A stretch of 64,000 bases of DNA from an uncultured Rhodoferax sp. Lineage in GTDB: Bacteria > Pseudomonadota > Gammaproteobacteria > Burkholderiales > Burkholderiaceae_C. The stretch's first letter is position 1; every line of letters starts with the position of its first letter. The notes beneath the pieces were generated by a model. The model did no database searches. It saw only the letters and a list, made by a program, of their open reading frames with translations, and was not told where the DNA came from. A program made the position numbers and the translations under genes. Positions 20,540-30,156 of this stretch are shown in pieces. Location: the NCBI GenBank assembly GCA_964558425.1, contig CAZLDV010000010.1, forward strand, positions 132 to 64,131. The letters run 5' to 3'.

Positions 20540-21520
20540 CTAGGCGCGCTTGAAGACGAGCCGGATGTAGATGAAGGCCAGTACCAGCATCGGGATCACC
20601 AGGAAATACGAGACAGCCGCGGCATATGCCATGTCGTGGTACTTGAATCCCTGCACATAGATGAAGTGGGCCAGGGTCTGCGTTGCCCGGCCAGGTCCGC
20701 CACTGGTGATCATGAAGACCTGGTCGAACATCTTCAGCGAGAAGATCGCCTTCAGGATCGAGGCCACGACCAGCATGGGCAACAGCGCGGGCAGCGTGAC
20801 ATCACGAAACACCTGCCAGGAAGTGGCGCCGTCGATCTCGGCGGCTTCCTGTGTTTCCTTCGGTACCGAAGCCAGGCCGCCCAGCAGCAGCATGGCCATG
20901 TAGGGCGTCCAATGCCACACGTCACTGGCAATCAGCACGGCAAATGCCAGCACCGGGTCGGCCAGCCATTCGATGCGGGCCAAGGCCGGCCAGCTGTCCT
21001 TGAAGACCGCCTGGAAGATGCCGAACTGTGCGCTGGCCATGAAGCGCCACGAAATGCCGACCAGCGCCGGACTCATCGCAAACGGCAGGATCAGCAGCGT
21101 GCGCACCAGGATCCGCGATGGCGTGCCACGGCCGAGCAACAATGCGATGCCCAGCGCCAGCCCAATCGTGATCACGACCGACAATACCGTGAAGACGGCG
21201 GTCACCCACAGCGCATTGTGCAGCGCGGAGTCCGACAACGCGCGGGTGAAATTGTCGAACAGGTAGCCGATGTTGTCGATGCCGTCATCGGCCAGTGTCC
21301 ACAAGGGCCGGGACTCCGCCGACTTGGCCAGGTTCCATTCGCGAAAGGCCAGCAGCAGCCCGCTGAACAACGGGCCGATCGACGTGGCGCCAACCAGCAC
21401 GATGGCGGGCAGCAGCAACAGGTATTTCAGGTGCCTGTCTTGCAGGCCCTTGCTGCGGCGTCGCCGGATGGGCGATGCCGCGCCGGTTGCCGGCGCAGAC
21501 GCACGATCGGCGGTGCTCAT
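20540..21520 (-). CDS. Carbohydrate ABC transporter permease (MalF-like)
   Basis: EAAEIDGATSWQVFRDVTLP, GGPGRATQTL; start at ATG 21520 (MSTADR). Confidence 0.92.
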   Translation of the reverse strand: MSTADRASAPATGAASPIRRRRSKGLQDRHLKYLLLLPAIVLVGATSIGPLFSGLLLAFREWNLAKSAESRPLWTLADDGIDNIGYLFDNFTRALSDSALHNALWVTAVFTVLSVVITIGLALGIALLLGRGTPSRILVRTLLILPFAMSPALVGISWRFMASAQFGIFQAVFKDSWPALARIEWLADPVLAFAVLIASDVWHWTPYMAMLLLGGLASVPKETQEAAEIDGATSWQVFRDVTLPALLPMLVVASILKAIFSLKMFDQVFMITSGGPGRATQTLAHFIYVQGFKYHDMAYAAAVSYFLVIPMLVLAFIYIRLVFKRA

Positions 21521-21528
21521 CAGGTCTT

Positions 21529-22863
21529 TCAGCGCCGGGTGCGGCTGAGCACGCGCCTGGCGTCCTTGGCGGCGTTCTTCATCAGTTGCTCGACGTCTCC
21601 GTCGCCCGATGCCGCCTTGTTGATGGCGACGGACAGCAGGTCGCCGATTTCCGGCCATTCGACGACCATCGGCAGCGGTGCTGCGTTGGCCGCCAGCGCG
21701 ACTTCCTCGGCTGCGGGAACGCCGGCGTGTGCCGCGATGAGTTCCGGGTCCTTGAAGCTGGCCTTGAGGTTGAACACGGTGCTGGCGGTGTTCTGGCCGG
21801 CGACCGACTTTTCCAATCCGTTCCTCTTCTCGAGATCCGGATTCGACAGCCATTTCAGAAACTCCCACGAGGCCTCCTGCTGCTTGGAGTACTTGGAGAT
21901 CGAAAACGGCATCGAGTTGGTCAGCGATACCGGCGGCGCGCCCTTGTATGACGGCATTCCCGTGAATGCAACCTGCTCGGCCTTGAGCTTGGAGCTTTCC
22001 GGACTGATCAGCGGCGAGTAGGCCCAGGACCAGATCGGCAGCATGGCCGCCTTGCCTTGCATGAAAACGATACGTCCGTCCTGCTCCAGTGCGGACACGG
22101 AACCGGGCGCGCAAATCTTGTCCACGGTGTTCAGAGCGATGTAGTCCTTGGTCGCCTGAATGCCTGCCGGCGTATCCCAGGCGGGGTTGCCCTTGGCGTC
22201 GAAGATGCTGGCTCCTGCGCCGCGCAGGAAGTCGAGCCAGAGGTACAGGTTCTGGCGGTTGCCGTCGGCGCCGTAATAGCATGCCAGGGCTCCCATCTCG
22301 GGCATGGCCTTCTGGATGGCCTTGCCGGAGGTCACGACGTCCTGCCAGGTTTTCGGCGCGGCCAGATTGAGCTTGTCGAAGACGTCCTTGCGGTAGTAGA
22401 AGATCTGCACGTGGGAGCGCAGCGGCAGGCCGATCGTCTTGCCGTCGTAGGTGACTGACTTGACGAATGCCGATGGGTAGCGGTCCATGCTGATGCCGTC
22501 GCGCTTGAGCAGCGGATCGAGCGGCACGAACCAGCGCGCGTTCGGCGGGCCCCAGGAGTCCAGGTAGTTGACGACGTCATAGCCGCCGTCGGCGGCCACG
22601 CCGACGCCGGCGACCTTCTCCTGCAGCGCGCCGAAAGTCGTCCGGTCCCAGGTGACCTTGATGCCGGTCAGCTTGGTGAATTCATCGGCGCGCAATTCGA
22701 ATCCGATGAACTGCGGCGTCCCGACGATCAGGACGCGAACATTGGCGCCGTCATAGGGTTTCCCGGCCTTGAGGCCGTAGGGCATCTTGCTTTGTGCGTG
22801 CGCGCCCAGGCTGGCCAGCAGTGCGGCGGTTGCAAGAAGATGGGTTGCCGTGCGTCGTTGCAT
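21529..22863 (-). CDS. Sugar ABC transporter substrate-binding protein (SBP family 1)
   Basis: Signal peptide ending AHA-Q; YYRKDVF, PKTWQD, FMQGKAAM; upstream of two permeases. Confidence 0.9.
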   Translation of the reverse strand: MQRRTATHLLATAALLASLGAHAQSKMPYGLKAGKPYDGANVRVLIVGTPQFIGFELRADEFTKLTGIKVTWDRTTFGALQEKVAGVGVAADGGYDVVNYLDSWGPPNARWFVPLDPLLKRDGISMDRYPSAFVKSVTYDGKTIGLPLRSHVQIFYYRKDVFDKLNLAAPKTWQDVVTSGKAIQKAMPEMGALACYYGADGNRQNLYLWLDFLRGAGASIFDAKGNPAWDTPAGIQATKDYIALNTVDKICAPGSVSALEQDGRIVFMQGKAAMLPIWSWAYSPLISPESSKLKAEQVAFTGMPSYKGAPPVSLTNSMPFSISKYSKQQEASWEFLKWLSNPDLEKRNGLEKSVAGQNTASTVFNLKASFKDPELIAAHAGVPAAEEVALAANAAPLPMVVEWPEIGDLLSVAINKAASGDGDVEQLMKNAAKDARRVLSRTRR

Positions 22864-22890
22864 GATGGAAGGTCTCTTGGTTGAAGGGGA

Positions 22891-23901
22891 TCACGCCAGA
22901 TGCCGGCTTGCCTCATGGGCGAGGATCTGCTTCCAGATCGACACCTCGTCGGTCACCAGGTATTCGGCAGTCACCTTGTTGCGGGTCAGATTGAAGTGGC
23001 TCATCGCCATCACGTAGATCGGCGCACCGGTAGGTTCGCCGAAATGCCCATAGCCGCTGTGGCTGCCGGCCAGCGACCAGCGCACTGCGACGCGCACCGG
23101 TTGCTCGGGTTCTCGATTGACGCGTGCGCTCGCTATGGAGAGCACCGCGTCGGGGAAAGATGCCAGATAACCCAGCGCGAAAGTGTCGATGTCACCGTGG
23201 CCATAGAGCACATCGCCGCCAGGGGCATGCAGCGCGGCGCCGTGGAAGTACAGGTCGCGGATCGCCGCGGTCTCCTTGTCCTGCCACAGGCGTCGCATGC
23301 CCTGGAGCACGGCGCGCACTGCTGCGTCATCCGATATCTCGGGCTTGTAGCGGCCCGGCTTGTCATGTGCGGGCACGAAAAACGATACCGGCACGCCATT
23401 GCGGATGTCGCGATCGGTCATCTCCTGCGCCAGTGCGCGTGGCTCCATGCCCAGGCAACGGGCAAAGGCGGCCTGGTCGCGCACCAGCCATTCTTCGACC
23501 ACCACCTGGTCCTTCACCCAGCAGTCGGCAATGATCCGGCTGCGCACGGTGCGGCCCTGCGCCTTGCCCAGAATGCCGTCGCCGGTGTGGCGCATCACCG
23601 ACGTGAGGCGATGGGACGACAGAAAGCTTCCGTCAGGATAGGGGGTCCAGATCACGTCTTCGCCGATCAGCCGGCGGTCGGGAAACTGGTGCAAGGTCTG
23701 CAAGGTCTGCGCGGTCACGCCGTCATTGCTGCCGGTGAAACCGGTTGCGGCGCGCAGCAGGATGTCCTTGGCGTAGTAGGCGTCGAGCTTGCCGCCGATG
23801 CCGCGCTCTTCCCAGATTTCCCGCGTGATGCCGTAGATGAAGTCGGGAACGCTCGCGTAATTGCCCAGATTCAGTTGCATGCCGTTTTCGGGTTGGTTCA
23901 T
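22891..23901 (-). CDS. Tandem SnoaL-like/NTF2 (ester cyclase family) protein
   Basis: Two NTF2-like repeats: ITREIWEER..FPDRRLIGEDVIW..EEWLVRD and RRLWQ..SFPDA..RWSLAGSHSGYGHFGEPTG..AEYLVTDE. Confidence 0.78.
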   Translation of the reverse strand: MNQPENGMQLNLGNYASVPDFIYGITREIWEERGIGGKLDAYYAKDILLRAATGFTGSNDGVTAQTLQTLHQFPDRRLIGEDVIWTPYPDGSFLSSHRLTSVMRHTGDGILGKAQGRTVRSRIIADCWVKDQVVVEEWLVRDQAAFARCLGMEPRALAQEMTDRDIRNGVPVSFFVPAHDKPGRYKPEISDDAAVRAVLQGMRRLWQDKETAAIRDLYFHGAALHAPGGDVLYGHGDIDTFALGYLASFPDAVLSIASARVNREPEQPVRVAVRWSLAGSHSGYGHFGEPTGAPIYVMAMSHFNLTRNKVTAEYLVTDEVSIWKQILAHEASRHLA

Positions 23902-24119
23902 CGTGAATGTGCTGATGGTATGAATCGATTCCGCACCGGTCCAATACTTGTTTTGACCAGATCTATTTACAAAACGTTATTGATCCTGGCGGTTCATGCC
24001 AAGAATAGGGGTTAACCCGAATTGATGACGTCTTGATACGACGGCGGCGCACGTCTGCCATTCGGGCGTCGATCAGGCATCGCGTCAGCAGGACTGCGTT
24101 GCCCGCTACGGCATGGCCG

Positions 24120-25055
24120 CTATGGCATGGCGCCGAAGGCCAGTTCGACGTTGTCCACCGTTGGCGCGGCTTTCTGAACGAACGCCAGGAAGAGTTGCAC
24201 CGCGGGATTCGCGTTGGTCTCCAAGGTGGCCATCACGGTATGAGCGCGGCGGGTGCCCCCATGCGCACCCGTGTCTTGCAAGCGGCGAATCGCGATGCCA
24301 TCCATGTGGATGAAGCCCGCCGACGCCGGCAACAGGGCGACACCCATGCCGGTGCCCACCAGCGCGACGATGGCGTGGATGTGGCGGGTTTCCTGGCGCA
24401 CGAGCGGCGCGAAACCCGCTTCGATGCACATCTGCATCGTGAGGTTATGCAGGTAGGAGGACTCGCCTTGCGAAAACATCAGCATGGGTTCACCGGCAAG
24501 CGCCGCCAAGGGAATGCTTTCCTGCGCTGCCAGTGGATGCTTGGCGGGCAGGAACACCACGATTTCTTCACTGCCCAGTGACAACGAGCGAAAGCCCGCT
24601 GGCAATGGAGGGCGCAACAGGCCGACATCGATCTGATGCTCCAGCAAAGCGTCGACTTGCTCCGAACTCACCATTTCGTTCAACGTGACCTTGACCTGGG
24701 GGTGTCGTTCGGAAAATTCCGTTACCAGTTGCGGCATCAGCCGGTACGCCAACAAGGCATTGAATCCGATCGCCAGCGTGCCTGCCTCGCCCAGCGCAAG
24801 CGAAGTGGCCAGTCTGGACAACTGCTCGGCATCGCGCAGCACGCGCCGCGCTTCGATCAGCAGGATCTGACCCGAATGGGTCAGCTCGACGCGCCGCGAT
24901 GAACGCTGGAACAGCTGCAGCCCGAGTTCCGCCTCGAGCGCGCGAATCTTCAGTGACAAAGGCGGTTGCGAGATATGCAGCCGGTCGGCCGCGCGGCCGA
25001 AATGCAGCTCTTCTGCAAGCACCACGAAACACTTCAATGACTTCAGTTCCAGCAT
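24120..25055 (-). CDS. LysR family transcriptional regulator
   Basis: LAEELHFGRAADRLHISQPPLS HTH; start at ATG 25055. Confidence 0.93.
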   Translation of the reverse strand: MLELKSLKCFVVLAEELHFGRAADRLHISQPPLSLKIRALEAELGLQLFQRSSRRVELTHSGQILLIEARRVLRDAEQLSRLATSLALGEAGTLAIGFNALLAYRLMPQLVTEFSERHPQVKVTLNEMVSSEQVDALLEHQIDVGLLRPPLPAGFRSLSLGSEEIVVFLPAKHPLAAQESIPLAALAGEPMLMFSQGESSYLHNLTMQMCIEAGFAPLVRQETRHIHAIVALVGTGMGVALLPASAGFIHMDGIAIRRLQDTGAHGGTRRAHTVMATLETNANPAVQLFLAFVQKAAPTVDNVELAFGAMP

Positions 25056-25155
25056 GTCGTCGCGAAGTTCCTGGCGTGAGGAGGTCGGCGTGGCCCCTTG
25101 GCTCCTCAGGACCGCGCGGGCCGTGCACACCGCACGCCGCCGCTGCCCTGGCGGG

Positions 25156-25818
25156 CTACCATGCAACGCCAAAACTGGCTCGCAGCTGCTCGATCTGCGG
25201 ATCGGTCAATGCCGCAGCCTGGCGGTCGCAGGCCAGCCAAAGCCGCGCCGTTTCCTCCAATTCTTCCAGCACCGCGCTTGCTTGTTCCACCGTCCGATGC
25301 CAGACGTTGGGGCCTAGCCGCTCAAGCATCACTGCACGGATCGGCGTGCCGCGAACTGCGTGCCGCTCAATCAGGTCCGCCACCAGCTCCGCCACCTGCG
25401 GGTCTCCAGGCCGGCGGTAAGGCACCAGCGGAACATGGCCGACTTTCATCACGTAATACGGGGTCAATGGCGGCAAGATGTCTTCCGGCTGCCAGACGCC
25501 TTGTAGCGTCAGGGAAACCAGATGGTGGCTGTGCGTGTGGATGACACAGCCGGCCTCGGGCGCGCTGGCATAGATGCGCCGGTGCAGGACGAGTGTCTTG
25601 CTGGCTGGATCTCCGCTGGTCTGTGCGCCGGTCGCGTCCACCGCGGCGAGCTGTTCGGGGCGCAGATTGCCAAGGCAGGCATCGGTGGGCGTGATGATGA
25701 ACCCGTCTGCGTTGCGCACACTGATGTTGCCGGCCGTGGCATGCGCATAGCCCCGTTGGTACAAGGAGCGGCCGACGCGGCAGATCGACTCGCGCAGTGA
25801 CGATTCAAGATGGTCCAT
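25156..25818 (-). CDS. otnC: Class II aldolase family, 3-oxo-tetronate 4-phosphate decarboxylase-like
   Basis: ATAGNISVR, ITPTDACLG, SKTLVLH, IHTHS, LTPYYVMKVG, LEELEETA; same island as otnK. Confidence 0.75.
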   Translation of the reverse strand: MDHLESSLRESICRVGRSLYQRGYAHATAGNISVRNADGFIITPTDACLGNLRPEQLAAVDATGAQTSGDPASKTLVLHRRIYASAPEAGCVIHTHSHHLVSLTLQGVWQPEDILPPLTPYYVMKVGHVPLVPYRRPGDPQVAELVADLIERHAVRGTPIRAVMLERLGPNVWHRTVEQASAVLEELEETARLWLACDRQAAALTDPQIEQLRASFGVAW

Positions 25819-26002
25819 GGTCACGCCGTCTGTATCCGCTGATCGTTGATCTTTATGCCGATGCAGTGTACTGCGGCCATGCACCAGGTGCGTGACGCGC
25901 CAACGGCGCAGAAGGCGCAGTCGATCGCAAAGCGCAAGGTGGCGCTCTGCGCACGCGCAGTGCCGGGCGAAATCGCGTTTCAATGGCGTATGCTCGTTGC
26001 CC

Positions 26003-27043
26003 ATGGTCAGGACCTCATCGAAATCCGCAGAGGCGGCGCAGGCCGCGCATGTCACTTCGTACGACGTGGCTCGGCTGGCCGGCGTGTCGCAGTCGGCGGT
26101 ATCCCGGTGCTTCGAACCCAACGCGTCCATCTCCGACAAGACCCGACAGAAGGTTCTCGCGGCGGCGGCGGAACTGCGGTATTTTCCCAACGCGATCGCA
26201 CAGTCCTTGGCCAGGCGCCGCTCACACATCGTCGCTGTGCTGGTCACCGAGACGTCGACGCGCCATACGCCGGAGATACTGTTCCAGCTCAACGTCGAGT
26301 TGATGCGCCGCGGCCTGCATCTGCTGCTGTTCTCCATCACGCAGGAGATCGGAGCCGGTGACGTGATCGCCGAGGTGCTGCGCTTCAAGGTCGATGGCGT
26401 GATCGCCTGCACCACGCTTCCCGACGAACAGATCCGGCGCTGCAACGAGCGCGGCATTCCGGTCGTTCTCTACAACCGGGTGGCCACCGGCGGCAACGCC
26501 AGCAGCGTGGGTTGTGACCAGGTCAACGCCAATCGCGACATCGCGGATCGGCTCTATCGCGGCGGACATCGGCACTTCGGTTTCATTTCCGGAGGCGCGC
26601 TGGCGCCGGTGTCGATACAGCGCCAGCTCGGTTTTGTCGGTCGCTTGCAGGAACTGGGCATTGTCGATGTCGCGATCGCCAGCGGCGACTTCAGTTACGA
26701 ATCAGGCCATGCAGCCTTGCGCGAGCTGGTCCAGGGTCACCACGGCATGACGGCGGTGGTGGCCGCCAACGATGCGATGGCGCTCGGTGCCATCGACGCG
26801 GCCCGGTACGATTGTGGCCTGGAGGTCCCGCGCGACCTGTCGGTCGTCGGTTTCGATGACGCCGACAGCGCGAGACGACCGCCCTACCGCCTCACCACCG
26901 TGCGCCAACCGACGGAAGCCCTGGCCCGCAAGTGTGTCGATCTGTTGGCCGAACGTATCGAGGACCGCAGTCTGGTGCCGGAGGTGCTGCTGCTGGCCGG
27001 TACGTTGCTGATCCGGGAGTCCGCCCGCATCGACCCGGCCTGA
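26003..27043 (+). CDS. LacI family transcriptional regulator
   Basis: VTSYDVARLAGVSQSAVSR HTH, YFPNAIAQSL hinge, DLSVVGFDD, LTTVRQP. Confidence 0.95.
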   Translation: MVRTSSKSAEAAQAAHVTSYDVARLAGVSQSAVSRCFEPNASISDKTRQKVLAAAAELRYFPNAIAQSLARRRSHIVAVLVTETSTRHTPEILFQLNVELMRRGLHLLLFSITQEIGAGDVIAEVLRFKVDGVIACTTLPDEQIRRCNERGIPVVLYNRVATGGNASSVGCDQVNANRDIADRLYRGGHRHFGFISGGALAPVSIQRQLGFVGRLQELGIVDVAIASGDFSYESGHAALRELVQGHHGMTAVVAANDAMALGAIDAARYDCGLEVPRDLSVVGFDDADSARRPPYRLTTVRQPTEALARKCVDLLAERIEDRSLVPEVLLLAGTLLIRESARIDPA

Positions 27044-27116
27044 CAGGCCGTGACGCTCGCGTTCGGCCGCGCACCGACCCGCCAGACCGGTGCCGATGCC
27101 GCCTGTGTGCCACGGC

Positions 27117-27854
27117 TCATTCGACGTTGCGCGCCTGGTTGTAGGGAAGGCTGGGGTGGGTTCCATACACCGAGTGGTAGGTGTCATGCCGAAAGCCCTT
27201 GCCTTCCAGCACGATGAAGGTCAGCAGCAAACCGGGCAGGATCAGGCCCAGCGCAATCGCCAGCCACGGTATCCAGTGCTGCATCAGACCGGAGGTGACT
27301 GCGCCCAGGGCCAGCACCAGCGCAAAATAGCCGGTGGTCTTGTGGTAGGCCTCGAACCAGCGCCGACGCGGCGTCATGTCGAAATGGTCACCATGCCAGG
27401 TGGCGGGATCGTCCGGATTCGAACCCGGAACGTAGCGCCCGCCATGGGTCCCCCTGAACCAGGCCGAAACGATCTGCAGGCAGCCAAAAGTGACGGCGGC
27501 AATGCCCCACACCGAGTGCATGGTCCCGCTGAACCCGCCGCTGACCAGCATCGCCATGCCCAGACCGAGCAACGACAGGCCGATCGCGCCGTACAGCGCG
27601 AAGAAGTGGACGGTCCAGCACAGCAGGTTCGGGTGAAAGCGGCCAATGCCGATCTTGTTGACGCCCCAGACCTGTGGCTTGGCCTTGAAGAAGCGTACCG
27701 CGACAACGCCTGTGGGCACCAGCACGAACCAGGCCAGCGACATGAGGATCGCGTGGTAGTCCCAGTGGATCGGGATGGTGCGACCCAGAAACGCAAGATA
27801 CACCTCGGATGGAATCGCGTGGTTCACATCAAACTCCCTGTTGGCAGCGCGCAC
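27117..27854 (-). CDS. Cytochrome b561-like membrane protein
   Basis: About five TM helices with four His at helix ends (DYHAILM, TVHFF, TMHSVW, AYHKTTGY); start uncertain. Confidence 0.7.
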   Translation of the reverse strand: MRAANREFDVNHAIPSEVYLAFLGRTIPIHWDYHAILMSLAWFVLVPTGVVAVRFFKAKPQVWGVNKIGIGRFHPNLLCWTVHFFALYGAIGLSLLGLGMAMLVSGGFSGTMHSVWGIAAVTFGCLQIVSAWFRGTHGGRYVPGSNPDDPATWHGDHFDMTPRRRWFEAYHKTTGYFALVLALGAVTSGLMQHWIPWLAIALGLILPGLLLTFIVLEGKGFRHDTYHSVYGTHPSLPYNQARNVE

Positions 27855-27863
27855 AGGCCGACA

Positions 27864-28862
27864 TCAGGCTGCGGCGTGGTGTTGCAGCGCCTCGCGGTTG
27901 AAGATCAGGGCCGGGTCCAGTGTGCCTTGCAGACCGGCGATCACATTGGCCGCGGCAACCATGCTCATGCGCCTGCCTGCCTGCGCTGTGAGTGCAGCGC
28001 TGTGCGGACTCAATACGACATTGGGCAGTCGCAGCAGCGGCAGGTCCGCCGCGGGCGGCTCCTGCGCAAAGGTGTCGATGCCGGCGCCACCGGCTGACAG
28101 ATGCCCGGTCAGCGCCTCGACCAGCGCCGCTTCATCGACCAGGCCACCCCTGGCCGCATTGATCAGGATGCCGGCGGGCTTCATCGCGGCCAGCACGCCG
28201 GCATCGATGATGTTGCGCGTGGCCGGGGTCAGCGGCAGATGCACACTCAGCACATCGATGCGGCCGAGCATGGCGCGCCAGTCGTCGATCTTGACGACCG
28301 ACGCCTCGTTGGCCGATGCTTCCGAGACCTGGGGGTCATAAATCAGGACCTGCATGTCGAACGCGCGCGCACGCCGCGCGACCTCCCGCCCGATCCGGCC
28401 AAAGCCGAGCAGCAGCAGCGTCTTGCCGGCTATTTCGGATGCACCCAGACTCTCACGGATCGACCAGTTGCCGCTGCGCACCGCCTGGTCGTAGGCAGTT
28501 GCCTTCTTGAGCAGGCACAGCAGCATCGTGATGGTCTGTTCGGCCACCGACACCGCGGTGACCGGGCCCACGATGGTGACGGGGATGCCCCGCCTTGACA
28601 AGGCATCCACCGGCAGGTTGTCGCAACCGACGCCGTGGCGCGAGACCACGCGCAAGCGGCTGGCATCGCGGACGGCAGCTTCGGTCAGGATGCCGTATCG
28701 AATCAGCACCGCATCCGATTGTTCGACCTGGTCAACCGGAATCGGCGCACCGGGATCGGTCAACATCGTGATGTTCAGGCCACCGTGTTGTTCCAGCAGT
28801 TGCAGCGCATCTGCATGGATCTTGCCAATCACCAGCACGTTTCTATCGTTTGCGGCAGACAT
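27864..28862 (-). CDS. D-isomer-specific 2-hydroxyacid dehydrogenase (SerA-like catalytic core)
   Basis: RHGVGCDN, GFGRIG, HLPLTPATRNII, INAARGGLVDE, SPHSA; TGATG coupling to the upstream gene. Confidence 0.92.
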   Translation of the reverse strand: MSAANDRNVLVIGKIHADALQLLEQHGGLNITMLTDPGAPIPVDQVEQSDAVLIRYGILTEAAVRDASRLRVVSRHGVGCDNLPVDALSRRGIPVTIVGPVTAVSVAEQTITMLLCLLKKATAYDQAVRSGNWSIRESLGASEIAGKTLLLLGFGRIGREVARRARAFDMQVLIYDPQVSEASANEASVVKIDDWRAMLGRIDVLSVHLPLTPATRNIIDAGVLAAMKPAGILINAARGGLVDEAALVEALTGHLSAGGAGIDTFAQEPPAADLPLLRLPNVVLSPHSAALTAQAGRRMSMVAAANVIAGLQGTLDPALIFNREALQHHAAA

Positions 28863-30112
28863 CAGACGCCCTCCAGTGCAAGGATGTACAGACCGGCGTT
28901 GGAGTCGGTGCAATAGATCAGACCGTCTTCGGCAACGAAGACATCGGTGGTATCGATGACGCACGGCCGATCCGGTCGGTAGTCCATCATCGTGCGCGGT
29001 GCAGGCGGCACCAGGGCTGCGATCTCGACCGGCCGGAACGGATCCTGGATGTCATAGACACGCATGCCGGCGTTCTGGTAGGTGACGTAGAGCCGGTCCG
29101 AACTCTGGTAGCTTTCCGGCCGGTTCTCGTGGATGTTGTGCGGGCCGAACTGGCCGCCCTTGTGCGCGTAGTCGGCATCCGACGGAATCGGCAACGTGGC
29201 AATGCTGATCGGGTTGGATGGGTCCCGGATGTCGAATACCCAGTTGCGCTTGATGCCGTCCTTGCAGTCATCGAATACCGCCTCCTCGACCACCACCATC
29301 AGGCCGCGGTCCGGCAACGGCAACGCGTTGTGGGTTCCGCCGGCGAACGGCGGCGCGAAGTTGCGGTGCGCCAGCAGCCGGGGATGGTGGCGATCACGCA
29401 CGTCGATCGTCGTCACGCCCCCATCGCGCCAGGCGGCGCAGGCCAGGTCGCCCTTGACGATCGGATGGTGCAGGGCATAGCGCAGCCTGGGATCCCAGTT
29501 CGGCTTTTCTCCCGCCGCGCTGTTCATGCCTGGCAGCCACAATTGACTCACCGGTTGCGGGTGGGTCGGGTCGGACATGTCGACGATGACCAGGATGTCG
29601 TCCGTGAACCCGGGCGGCAAGGCGGACACGTACGCCCATTGCCCGCCGGTGTACCAGATGCGATGCACGCCCAGGCCTGGCAGCGGCATGAATCCGATCT
29701 CGCGCGGGTTGGCGCGGTCGCCGATGTCATAGACCCGCATGCCGGCCGAGTAGCTGGTGCCGGGTTGCGAAAGATCGAGCTTGTCGCCGATCGAACCCGA
29801 GTAGTACTCGCCCGCGCTCAGCGTCTGGTCGCGCAGCATGTCCTTCATGTTCACGACCAGCAGCAGGTCGCCATGCGTCTGCAGATGCTGGCTCCAGGTG
29901 CGCGCTGGCTGCGGGATGTGGCGCACAAAGGCCGGCGCGGCCGGATTGCGCACATCGATCACCGAGAAGCCGCCTGAATAGACGTGCCCCACGTAGGCGT
30001 AGCCGCCGCTGACCATGACCTGCACGCCGTCGGCGCGCCCGCCCTGGTCGGAATGCCCCACGATGCGCATGTTGCGCGCGTAATCCGGTGTCAAGACACT
30101 TGCTTGCGCCAT
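28862..30112 (-). CDS. LVIVD-repeat beta-propeller protein
   Basis: Repeated blades GYAYVGH/FSVIDVRNP, MRVYDIGD, LVIVDMSDP, TTIDVRD, VFDIRDP, RVYDIQDP; no signal peptide. Confidence 0.85.
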   Translation of the reverse strand: MAQASVLTPDYARNMRIVGHSDQGGRADGVQVMVSGGYAYVGHVYSGGFSVIDVRNPAAPAFVRHIPQPARTWSQHLQTHGDLLLVVNMKDMLRDQTLSAGEYYSGSIGDKLDLSQPGTSYSAGMRVYDIGDRANPREIGFMPLPGLGVHRIWYTGGQWAYVSALPPGFTDDILVIVDMSDPTHPQPVSQLWLPGMNSAAGEKPNWDPRLRYALHHPIVKGDLACAAWRDGGVTTIDVRDRHHPRLLAHRNFAPPFAGGTHNALPLPDRGLMVVVEEAVFDDCKDGIKRNWVFDIRDPSNPISIATLPIPSDADYAHKGGQFGPHNIHENRPESYQSSDRLYVTYQNAGMRVYDIQDPFRPVEIAALVPPAPRTMMDYRPDRPCVIDTTDVFVAEDGLIYCTDSNAGLYILALEGV

Positions 30113-30156
30113 TTCGTTTTCCTCGCTCGATGTTCAGACAGGTCGATCGCGGCGGA

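Noticed and set aside
23902-24035. FNR half-sites (TTGAT), GAATCGATTC palindrome at 23922-23931 and GGGTTAACCC in the AT-rich promoter of the ABC operon
   Set aside because: Clearly a promoter region, but there is no full FNR dyad and the palindromes do not match the operator found at 31436 and 36408; too short to assign.
25819-26002. Operator or FNR site between otnC and lacI (TTGATCTTTATGCCGATGCAG)
   Set aside because: Only partial matches with wrong spacing.
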